Source: a virus
Lineage: Duplodnaviria > Heunggongvirae > Uroviricota > Caudoviricetes
IMG/VR virus record: IMGVR_UViG_3300043436_001089
Direction: 5' to 3' (one strand)
Length of the DNA stretch: 20,809 nt
The translations under genes were made by a program, and so were the position numbers. Of this stretch, positions 8,563-15,862 are shown piece after piece. The notes beneath the pieces are model-generated. The model saw only the letters and a list, made by a program, of their open reading frames with translations. It had not been told where the DNA came from and searched no databases. Position 1 is the first letter of the stretch. The number at the start of each line of letters is the position of its first letter.

Positions 8563-8838
8563 ACATAACTTGTAGTGTGTGTAAATCTTCTCATTCATGC
8601 AAATACCATTATGCGTTGACCACCATGTATCTGTGTATCGTTTGGCCCCGTAATGCTTATATAACCAGTTTTCAGTAGTACTTTTACCCATTGGGAATTT
8701 GGTTATCTCATAGAATATACGATCTTCCCATGCACCATTTGAGGGAACTGTCTTTTTAAATTTTCTAAAATATATTGGTTCTGCGTCTTCTTGGTATATC
8801 GGAGAAAACGTTCCATTTATTCCTTGAGTAATTGCCAT
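8557..8838 (-). CDS. Small hypothetical protein, divergent member of the array family
   Basis: TENWLYKHYGA...WW...ICMNEKIYTHYKLCE. Confidence 0.7.
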   Translation of the reverse strand: MAITQGINGTFSPIYQEDAEPIYFRKFKKTVPSNGAWEDRIFYEITKFPMGKSTTENWLYKHYGAKRYTDTWWSTHNGICMNEKIYTHYKLCE

Positions 8839-9176
8839 ACATATCTCTTTTCTATTGATTCTTTAAACTTCTCAGCATCACTTTGCTTCTCAAATACTGC
8901 TCCAAATATTTTATAATTCTTGTACAAATAATGTGAGTATTCAGCAGTAATATTAGTGGTGTATGCAGAGTCATCAATCCATAATATAGAAGCATCAGCT
9001 TCAAAATAATTGTCTAACGTTACACCTAGTCCAACTTTATTACATTTAACCTCAGTGAATACAAATTTTAATATATCAAATGCCATGTTGTCATAATGGT
9101 TTGATGCCTGAAAGACGGGCCAGGTGACTGACCAAGTATTGTCACACAAATCGTTTAGTATAAAAGGACTGTTCAT
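8817..9176 (-). CDS. Small hypothetical protein, possible array-family member
   Basis: AVFEKQSDAEKF motif near the C-terminus; overlaps both neighbours. Confidence 0.7.
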   Translation of the reverse strand: MNSPFILNDLCDNTWSVTWPVFQASNHYDNMAFDILKFVFTEVKCNKVGLGVTLDNYFEADASILWIDDSAYTTNITAEYSHYLYKNYKIFGAVFEKQSDAEKFKESIEKRYVWQLLKE

Positions 9177-9445
9177 TGGTATTTCAGTAAAAATATAAGG
9201 TACTTCTTTTCGTCCATGACTTTGTACCCATCTGTTATGTTACCGTTGACCACGTTCATTTTGATTCCATAGTTTGCTTCAATGTAATCTTCAAAGTCAT
9301 ACGCATCAAAATCAACAGTGGCTGCATCCTGCATATATTCTCTACGCACAAGTTTTAATGCCGCCCAATAATCCCAACGTCTTTTGCGTTGTTCTATGTT
9401 AGGATCATCGTCATCGTAATCTTGAAATGGCGGTACTGTAGTCAT
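9173..9445 (-). CDS. Small array-family protein
   Basis: FEDYIEANYGIK...YKVMDEKKYLIFLLKYQ; start MTTVPP by ATGA overlap. Confidence 0.78.
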   Translation of the reverse strand: MTTVPPFQDYDDDDPNIEQRKRRWDYWAALKLVRREYMQDAATVDFDAYDFEDYIEANYGIKMNVVNGNITDGYKVMDEKKYLIFLLKYQ

Positions 9446-9660
9446 TTGTATAGTAGTTCGAACCAAGAAGCTAGTTCTTCTTTGTAGAAAGTGAACAGTG
9501 TATATCTATCATAGAGTACACCATACCGTTCAAGATCATATTCAGGTTTATGATATGCGAAATCAAAATCGGTGCCTTGAACATAGCCTTTAGCTCGTAA
9601 TTCTTTTACTATGCCCATCATAGCATCGGGCTTCATATTAGGTAATTTGATTTCAATCAT
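9442..9660 (-). CDS. Small array-family protein
   Basis: FTFYKEELASWFELLYK; ATGA overlaps. Confidence 0.78.
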   Translation of the reverse strand: MIEIKLPNMKPDAMMGIVKELRAKGYVQGTDFDFAYHKPEYDLERYGVLYDRYTLFTFYKEELASWFELLYK

Positions 9661-9881
9661 GAGGAAAACTTAATCGTAAAAAAAGTGGCAAGTTTCTCAT
9701 CTTCTAATGTCAACATCCATCTTTTGTTAACCATGCCAGGATCCCATTCAGCCTTGACTAACCATCCTTGTCCACCGATGCTATTGTGTAGATAATGCAT
9801 ACGTGGGCCTACATTCTTAGCTAGCCATTGTTCTTCTTCGCCGGTTAGTGTATTATTTCGTAATGGTATCTTTATCGTCAT
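9657..9881 (-). CDS. Small array-family protein
   Basis: EEQWLAKNVGP...LTLEDEKLATFFTIKFSS. Confidence 0.78.
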   Translation of the reverse strand: MTIKIPLRNNTLTGEEEQWLAKNVGPRMHYLHNSIGGQGWLVKAEWDPGMVNKRWMLTLEDEKLATFFTIKFSS

Positions 9882-10146
9882 GTGTTAGTAAATCAAATAG
9901 TGTTGCATATTGCGTTTCTGGTTCCATGTGAAAGCCTGTACCCCACACTACCCACACTTTACGTTTGTATGCTTTCTCCAACCAGATACGTTTACCTGCA
10001 ACTGTTTTGCGTGGTAAGATAGCAAAGTATTCATGCCATGGATAGCAGTCAGCACCGTCAGTTAATATGTAATAGTCCACTTTTACATTCCTGTATCGTA
10101 TCAATTCAATGTTCCATCCAATACTACGTCCCCAATTTATAGCCAT
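9853..10146 (-). CDS. Small Trp-rich hypothetical protein (different family)
   Basis: PWHEYFAILPRKTVAGKRIWLEKAYKR; start MAINWG lies inside the upstream KWL* codons. Confidence 0.7.
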   Translation of the reverse strand: MAINWGRSIGWNIELIRYRNVKVDYYILTDGADCYPWHEYFAILPRKTVAGKRIWLEKAYKRKVWVVWGTGFHMEPETQYATLFDLLTHDDKDTITK

Positions 10147-10397
10147 TTCAGTATGAACCATTCAGCGTCTTGTTTCTTTTCAAAGACAAATGTTCTACCT
10201 AACTTGGTATGTTTACCCGTGCAGTTTTCATCAATCCATAGTTCAATGTCAATTGATTCATATCTGTCTTTCAGTCGTTCTAATTCAACTTTAGTCCAAC
10301 CAGTCGCTACTAACATGTCTAACATAATTTCTCTATCAATTTCTTCTGTGATGGCTCTACTCATCTCTCCTGCAATGTCTTCTACTAAGTCTGACAT
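10137..10397 (-). CDS. Small array-family protein
   Basis: DIELWIDENCTG...FVFEKKQDAEWFILKWL. Confidence 0.82.
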   Translation of the reverse strand: MSDLVEDIAGEMSRAITEEIDREIMLDMLVATGWTKVELERLKDRYESIDIELWIDENCTGKHTKLGRTFVFEKKQDAEWFILKWL

Positions 10398-10672
10398 ATA
10401 TATTCTTTCATTGTGATTTCTTCATACTCACCTGCGAATGCGATTCTGAATACTTTAGCGGCTTCACTCCACTCAAACTGAATAACATCGTAGTCCAATG
10501 GTCTATCCATTTTGCTGTACACACTAGCCCACTCGACATGAAAGCGATTGAAAGATCCCTTCTCAGGATATGCTTCTGCCCACTGGTACATATCAGTAGT
10601 ACACTTTTTTACTTTGAATCTGTAAGTAAAGTATGGGCGATTATTACCTCCGCCACTATAAAAGTATTCCAT
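10385..10672 (-). CDS. Small array-family protein
   Basis: DMYQWAEAY...IQFEWSEAAKVFRIAF; start MEYFY via TGATG overlap. Confidence 0.75.
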   Translation of the reverse strand: MEYFYSGGGNNRPYFTYRFKVKKCTTDMYQWAEAYPEKGSFNRFHVEWASVYSKMDRPLDYDVIQFEWSEAAKVFRIAFAGEYEEITMKEYICQT

Positions 10673-10923
10673 CAGTTCCACCGTAATAAGAACAATGTCA
10701 GGTCTTCATCGTTGCACAAGAAAATTTCACCTTGTTCTGAAATATTATCTAGCCAACGAGTTCGTTCAATCGCATCTTGATATCCCGCGGGGCCTAATGT
10801 TTCAATACACCAAGCACGAATCTCATCACCGTCAACTTCTCCCTTACCCTTCCAGGATACAGTGTGAATGTTTCGTTCACTACCGTAGTAGTGTTCTGTT
10901 TTATGCGTGAATGGAGTAGTCAT
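10672..10923 (-). CDS. Small array-family protein
   Basis: DEIRAWCIETLGP...RW...IFLCNDEDLTLFLLRWN; start MTTPF via ATGA overlap. Confidence 0.82.
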   Translation of the reverse strand: MTTPFTHKTEHYYGSERNIHTVSWKGKGEVDGDEIRAWCIETLGPAGYQDAIERTRWLDNISEQGEIFLCNDEDLTLFLLRWN

Positions 10924-11342
10924 CTGTTTAAGATTGCCCACATGTCAAGTTTATTTTTCATTTCTTCCTTCTCCTGATGTGCATTGTAACGACTACGTTC
11001 TGCGGTTTCTCTCATGTATTTTTCAGTAAGAACTTCTTGTCGCAATTGTTCAATCAACTCACTGACCTTCATCGTTTTCATTTCTTCAATTTCGTCTAGT
11101 GCTTGCTTTAGTTGTTCATTGAGATATTCTATCTCATTTTCAAGATGACTGATGTATTGACCAGGAAGATAATCATTACATGTATCTTTATCTCTAAAGG
11201 TACAGTCTGTTTGATCCATGCCCGCACGTTCAAGGTCATCTAGAATAGCACCGGGATGACGATCCATGTATGTAGCAAGTCTGACACGAACAGGGTCGTT
11301 GTCAAACTTTATCGTGTAATCAATCAATTCATTGTCTGTCAT
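10920..11342 (-). CDS. Hypothetical protein with C-terminal coiled coil
   Basis: Heptad pattern ISHLENEIEYLNEQLKQALDEIEEMK...; lacks the array motif. Confidence 0.75.
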   Translation of the reverse strand: MTDNELIDYTIKFDNDPVRVRLATYMDRHPGAILDDLERAGMDQTDCTFRDKDTCNDYLPGQYISHLENEIEYLNEQLKQALDEIEEMKTMKVSELIEQLRQEVLTEKYMRETAERSRYNAHQEKEEMKNKLDMWAILNR

Positions 11343-11343
11343 G

Positions 11344-11523
11344 TCATAGCCATATTAAGTTAAACCACATTGCGTCTTTATCTTCCACTTCAAAGTAGAT
11401 ATCATCTTGTCCTAGTTGCCACATTCCCCATTCTGTTCTATCTACATAATTCTTACAGTTCTTTTCAATCCATGTACATCGTTCGTGCCAGGTAATTGGG
11501 CAACTAATTATAATTCTCGTCAT
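11344..11523 (-). CDS. 59-aa array-family protein missed by the ORF track
   Basis: Manual translation MTRIIISCPITWHERCTWIEKNCKNYVDRTEWGMWQLGQDDIYFEVEDKDAMWFNLIWL*. Exactly fills the gap; ATGA overlap with GAGG SD 5 nt upstream. Confidence 0.85.
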   Translation of the reverse strand: MTRIIISCPITWHERCTWIEKNCKNYVDRTEWGMWQLGQDDIYFEVEDKDAMWFNLIWL

Positions 11524-11729
11524 GAATGCCTCAACACAAACAACATATACAATTTTTCATCATGCCACTTGACATTATAAGCATAACCACCCTTCTTACA
11601 TTTACCCAGAGTAGCATTGTACTTTTTCAATTCACTGACAAGATCCTTATCTTCTATTGTGTTTACAAAGTTACTAAAGTAAGTGTGAGGTCTCAGTGGT
11701 CTTAGATTTTCATATTGTCTGCGAATCAT
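11520..11729 (-). CDS. Small array-family protein
   Basis: YNVKWHDEKLYMLFVLRHS; start MIRRQY by ATGA overlap with GAGG SD. Confidence 0.78.
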   Translation of the reverse strand: MIRRQYENLRPLRPHTYFSNFVNTIEDKDLVSELKKYNATLGKCKKGGYAYNVKWHDEKLYMLFVLRHS

Positions 11730-11747
11730 GACCACCTCAACACAAAC
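11520..11747. repeat. 22-bp imperfect direct repeat (19/22) at the 3' ends of two adjacent array genes
   Basis: tcatgaATGcctcaacacaaac (11520-11541) vs tcatgaCCAcctcaacacaaac (11726-11747). Confidence 0.85.
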
Positions 11748-12211
11748 CATTCATAATCTTTACTATCACGGAAGTGAATCTTCCCTTGATACTTGTGACT
11801 CCACCGACTCCACGCATCTGGCCGTTGAGGATGCGGACCAAACTGTTGACTACACCATGCAAGCACTTCGCCTTGGTGTGCCCAGGCAAAATCTGCCACA
11901 TACCATTCGGCACGACTAAATTGATACTTCTTCACTTTTTTCTTCTGCTTGATTCTATTAGTAGCTAAATTACCAAAACTTATTTTCAGTTCTTGTATGT
12001 ACTCTTGCTCTGGCAAGACTATCTCTTGACAAAGATTATTTTGGAACCAAGTATTCAGATAAGCATTTAGATAACTCTTGCCAGTCTGCCGGCCCGCACT
12101 ATACAAAGTCATTTGACCCTGTTTGAATCCACCCTGACTTAGTTTATCCCAAAGGGCTTGTTGGTACGGCAAAGGTTCTATACCTTCAGTTACGTTTTTG
12201 ATAATGTTCAT
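11726..12211 (-). CDS. Array-family protein with an N-terminal Walker-A-like fragment
   Basis: LPYQQALWDKLSQGGFKQGQMTLYSAGRQTGKS, then EVLAWCSQQFGP...IHFRDSKDYEWFVLRWS. Confidence 0.8.
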   Translation of the reverse strand: MNIIKNVTEGIEPLPYQQALWDKLSQGGFKQGQMTLYSAGRQTGKSYLNAYLNTWFQNNLCQEIVLPEQEYIQELKISFGNLATNRIKQKKKVKKYQFSRAEWYVADFAWAHQGEVLAWCSQQFGPHPQRPDAWSRWSHKYQGKIHFRDSKDYEWFVLRWS

Positions 12212-12525
12212 TTTACCAACTTTGTTATTATGTTGAAATAGTCAATCGCTTCACATACTTTCTTCCAAGCATTGATTTCTGCTGGTAGTGGTTGCAGTGA
12301 AATATGATTGGCCGGATCGTGTTCGGGGCAAGGTGTCCAAATACTAACTCGAATTGTATGCGAATGTGGGGCCTTAGACTCTCGCCATTCTGCATAATAG
12401 TTGTCCCAGTAATACAATCCATAGCCTTCTTCGTCATCACCTAATGATGGCAATTTATAGGCCAGGTAATGCCCACTAACTTTAGGGCAAATATCTTCTT
12501 CGTGTTTCCAAATACTTGTTATCAT
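12208..12525 (-). CDS. Small hypothetical protein (DUF551-like N-terminus)
   Basis: WKHEEDICPKVSGHYLAY...VSIWTPCPE resembles the DUF551 pattern; overlaps both neighbours. Confidence 0.65.
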   Translation of the reverse strand: MITSIWKHEEDICPKVSGHYLAYKLPSLGDDEEGYGLYYWDNYYAEWRESKAPHSHTIRVSIWTPCPEHDPANHISLQPLPAEINAWKKVCEAIDYFNIITKLVK

Positions 12526-12779
12526 CAGAATCTCAACTTAAACCATACACAGTCTCGCTCATATCTGAATTTTACACTAATAGTCAATACTTGTCTAGTC
12601 CAACGGCAATGTCTTTGTGGATTATCTATATTTTTGTACAGCCATAGTACTACTTCTTTATGTACTAAATCTAGTTCAGTCTGATTATGGGTAACTATAT
12701 CATGAGTATGCCAAAAAGGATGGTCATCATCCCATCCCCTAGTCCAATCATAGTATTCTTTGTGCAATTTTATTGCCAC
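12525..12779 (-). CDS. Small array-family protein
   Basis: EVVLWLYKNID...RW...ISVKFRYERDCVWFKLRF; GTG start inside the upstream R-W codons. Confidence 0.8.
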   Translation of the reverse strand: MAIKLHKEYYDWTRGWDDDHPFWHTHDIVTHNQTELDLVHKEVVLWLYKNIDNPQRHCRWTRQVLTISVKFRYERDCVWFKLRF

Positions 12780-13198
12780 CTTAGTAAAAACATCATGTAA
12801 TCTTTTTCATTTTTGAAAGCAACAAATATATAATCACCTCCGCCTAAATCGTTGAATTCCCACTCCATACTAGTAGAAGGATACCTTATGACGCGGTGCA
12901 TGTCCATACGACTAGTAAATGTTGCATGTTGATCCAACCAGTCATATATATCATCATTGCCGTATCTTATTCCACCCGGACCGTAATCATACAACAACTC
13001 ATAGGCATAATGACTTCTATCTTCAAAACAATAAACGTACTTATAACCGCCATAGAAATCTTTTACTCTAGTTGCTCGCCATAAAATGTTAGGGTCGTTG
13101 GTGCGCCGATAATATTCCCATGACTCGTGTCCACTCTTTTCGAGCTTACGTTCGGCTCGCTTCTTACGAACCCATGCTTTGATTCTGTTTATCCGCAT
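12770..13198 (-). CDS. Array-family protein
   Basis: DIYDWLDQH...IFVAFKNEKDYMMFLLRWQ. Confidence 0.82.
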   Translation of the reverse strand: MRINRIKAWVRKKRAERKLEKSGHESWEYYRRTNDPNILWRATRVKDFYGGYKYVYCFEDRSHYAYELLYDYGPGGIRYGNDDIYDWLDQHATFTSRMDMHRVIRYPSTSMEWEFNDLGGGDYIFVAFKNEKDYMMFLLRWQ

Positions 13199-13227
13199 GT
13201 TAATTCAAACATCATTGCATCTTTTTC
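12788..13227. repeat. 21-bp imperfect direct repeat (18/21) at the 3' ends of two adjacent array genes
   Basis: aaacatcatGTAatctttttc (12788-12808) vs aaacatcatTGCatctttttc (13207-13227). Confidence 0.8.
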
Positions 13228-13425
13228 GTCTAAGAACCAAAACTCAATATGAGTCTTAGTGAATCTACACGTATACTTCTCTCCGGGTAATCCGAACAGT
13301 TCAATTGCAGTAGCACATGTTTCGTTCCACATGTTTATCCCGGCAGTAGTCCTTACAGTCTCATTAAAGGGTATCTTAACCCTATAGTCATGTGTGCCAT
13401 CAATGCCGTTTATGAGTAGTGCCAT
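13189..13425 (-). CDS. Small array-family protein
   Basis: WNETCATAIELFGLPG...IEFWFLDEKDAMMFELTCG. Confidence 0.82.
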   Translation of the reverse strand: MALLINGIDGTHDYRVKIPFNETVRTTAGINMWNETCATAIELFGLPGEKYTCRFTKTHIEFWFLDEKDAMMFELTCG

Positions 13426-14585
13426 AGTTCAGTATATAATTCAGGTATGTAATCTTTTACGTTCTTGTTTCTGTATGCATCAGACTTCTCAATAAACAGT
13501 TTACCTTTATTGATAGTTTCAATATCTAACATAGGTTCCTTGAGCATAGCAATCGCATGGTCTATCGTTGGGTGAAACTCAGTAGATATAGTATCTTTCA
13601 GTTTAGATAATTTTTCTACCCCCTGTTGTCTATACTCAACTGATGTTATTCTCATACTAGTATACATCGGATATGTAATTTTATTCAAGGCAACACCGTA
13701 ATATTTGGGTAAGTTGTAGCGTGTTAACAACTGATCCCAAAACGTAAACATCTCGTCTAAGTGTATGCAATTGAACACACTAGGGGTTAGACTTAAACCT
13801 ATAGATATTTTATCTTTACTTGTCAACTCTAGAAACCTGTTGAGATTGTATTCAATCTTACTCCATTTGATCGGGTATCTGATATAATCATTTTTCTCCC
13901 CGTATGCATCCATTGATACATTCAATTCTATATTTCTAAAGTTACCCCATACTTCAAGTAACGAATCATCTATACCCGTCAAATTAGTTACGTAACCCAA
14001 GTCAATGTTAGTGCTAGAGCCATTGTCAATCAACTTATGTAAGTATGACAGATGGCTGTCATTGATGGTAGGCTCGCCACCTAAGAAGGTGATCTTTTTG
14101 ATATTAGTGAAGTCATTCACTAGTTCATCAACTAATTCAGAGTGTTCTAGTATAGAATCGCTTGTGCTGATAACAGGAACATCCCAAATAGTTTTCCATT
14201 CGTCTTGCCATAGACTACTAGAGCCGGGATTACATGTCATGCATTTACTGTTGCACTTGTTACCCACAGACAGGTGAACCGTATATACATCAGTAGGTTT
14301 TAGTACTGTATTGCATCTTTGTTCTGTGTTGTATGCGTTAAACATAGTTCTTAGCGAACTACCGGACACCTCCTCTGCTGTTTTACAACTGTTGCATTCA
14401 GATGGCCATATACCTGCTTTTAATTGACTACGCACCCGAATAATGTTTGCATGATTCACTCGTTCTGATAGTGATCCACTTTTGTCTTTATTAGGTAGGT
14501 AGTTAGCAGAAATAGCACAACAAGGAGTCAGTCGTCCGTTAGAGATTACATTCATGCCGGCATGCGCTAGTGAGCAATACAGCAT
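13410..14585 (-). CDS. Radical SAM enzyme with N-terminal twitch/SPASM-type Fe-S domain
   Basis: YCSLAH..NVISNGRLTPCC...CNSC (twitch-like), CNSKCMTC (CxxxCxxC), FLGGEP, YVTNLT, VSMDA..YIRYP..W. Confidence 0.9.
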   Translation of the reverse strand: MLYCSLAHAGMNVISNGRLTPCCAISANYLPNKDKSGSLSERVNHANIIRVRSQLKAGIWPSECNSCKTAEEVSGSSLRTMFNAYNTEQRCNTVLKPTDVYTVHLSVGNKCNSKCMTCNPGSSSLWQDEWKTIWDVPVISTSDSILEHSELVDELVNDFTNIKKITFLGGEPTINDSHLSYLHKLIDNGSSTNIDLGYVTNLTGIDDSLLEVWGNFRNIELNVSMDAYGEKNDYIRYPIKWSKIEYNLNRFLELTSKDKISIGLSLTPSVFNCIHLDEMFTFWDQLLTRYNLPKYYGVALNKITYPMYTSMRITSVEYRQQGVEKLSKLKDTISTEFHPTIDHAIAMLKEPMLDIETINKGKLFIEKSDAYRNKNVKDYIPELYTELWHYS

Positions 14586-14586
14586 G

Positions 14587-15306
14587 TCAATACCCCGCGA
14601 TAGTAAGCAACTCTTTCACTTGCTTCACGTTCTCTGGCTCACGATTGAACTTGATCTTCCATTGTTCGGGGTTGATATAGTCAATAATCATATCAACTTG
14701 AGGTTCGTTCAAATTGCCTAAGAACTGTGTACCACTAGTGCTATGATACAACATCCATGGACTGATCTTTCCTGTAGTAATAGAATGACAGATCCTATTT
14801 GTGTTGCCATACCTAAGCACATCCTTGCTTAGTATGCCTGCAGTCTCAGCTAGAGTCATAGTAGTCTCGACACTTCTAGCAATAGCATCTAATGGGTCTT
14901 CAACCTTTAAGTACTCAATCAAATATTTTGTATAGGTAGTATCAGTACACCATGTATCTATCTTTATCTGATTCTTCAATAGCCAATCAGCAAATCTACT
15001 GATATTAACAGCATTGATTTCTACACAGTAGTTACCGAACTTAACGAAGGCAGTATAGTAAGCACTCTTAATGAATTCTTCATACGTTCTGTGCTTAGTG
15101 CTGGTACTGTTCTTTCTGTAAAACTGCAACCATGCTTGAAATCCTATACGGTTCCCTGCCCTATCTTTTTCAAGATACCTATGCTTATACTCACAGATAT
15201 GTTTCATTATAGTTGACTCACGTGCAAACGTGCGACCACAAAACTCACATCCGTGTTGAGGCACTTCAGTTTCCGAAGTCTTTTTCGTATTCTTCAATTT
15301 CGTCAT
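14587..15306 (-). CDS. Conserved phage protein with N-terminal C2H2-like Zn finger
   Basis: HGCEFCGRTFARESTIMKHICE; GKISPW motif; start position uncertain. Confidence 0.75.
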   Translation of the reverse strand: MTKLKNTKKTSETEVPQHGCEFCGRTFARESTIMKHICEYKHRYLEKDRAGNRIGFQAWLQFYRKNSTSTKHRTYEEFIKSAYYTAFVKFGNYCVEINAVNISRFADWLLKNQIKIDTWCTDTTYTKYLIEYLKVEDPLDAIARSVETTMTLAETAGILSKDVLRYGNTNRICHSITTGKISPWMLYHSTSGTQFLGNLNEPQVDMIIDYINPEQWKIKFNREPENVKQVKELLTIAGY

Positions 15307-15862
15307 CTGTAACCAATTGGCTCAATAAATCTATGTCGCAAATCTTCATAGAAGGGAATTTAGTTGCAAGATACATCTTACGCTTATGTTCTTCTACATA
15401 TGCACCCGCGAGTTCTTTCAAGTCGTTCTCGCTTACGCTAGAAGGGTAAATCTTTTTAAAGTATTCTTTGATATCTGCTGTCTTTGCAGGTTCTCTAAGT
15501 AGACTAACTTTTTCTTTAATCTGAGGGATCCAAGGATGAAATTGCTTTCCTTTGCCGGGGCTAGATGCACATAGCATCAACCATTGAAGCTTGGGATGCT
15601 TAGACACATACTCATTAAAGAAGTATTTGTTTGCATTAGAATCAGTGCTCATTACATAGTACGCTGAAAGGGCACTTGATCCTTTAAGATAACTCATGTA
15701 CTTTATCATCATGAACGCCACAAACTTGCGTTGTTGTTCTTCCGATAAGGTATCAAACCAAGCATAGTCTTTTCTGTCTAATGCGTTAAGTGCATCAAAC
15801 AAAGGGAAGTCTTGCTTCTCTAATTTTTCGTCTGCGGGGGTTGTTACTTTTTTAGTTGCCAT
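15266..15862 (-). CDS. Hypothetical protein, possibly T4 gp62-like clamp-loader small subunit
   Basis: FVAFMMIKYMS...ANKYF...HPKLQWLML...GKQFHPWI resembles the gp62-family pattern; replication context. Confidence 0.45.
   Translation of the reverse strand: MATKKVTTPADEKLEKQDFPLFDALNALDRKDYAWFDTLSEEQQRKFVAFMMIKYMSYLKGSSALSAYYVMSTDSNANKYFFNEYVSKHPKLQWLMLCASSPGKGKQFHPWIPQIKEKVSLLREPAKTADIKEYFKKIYPSSVSENDLKELAGAYVEEHKRKMYLATKFPSMKICDIDLLSQLVTDDEIEEYEKDFGN

Noticed and set aside
11520-13227. Short repeats as a CRISPR or mini-CRISPR array
   Set aside because: Only pairs, within coding sequence, spaced 200-400 nt apart; no cas genes.
8557-13425. Array as a diversity-generating retroelement target or a true integron
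   Set aside because: No reverse transcriptase, no TR/VR pair differing at adenines, no integrase, and no intergenic attC-like palindromes (the genes overlap). The repeats are only ~21 nt.
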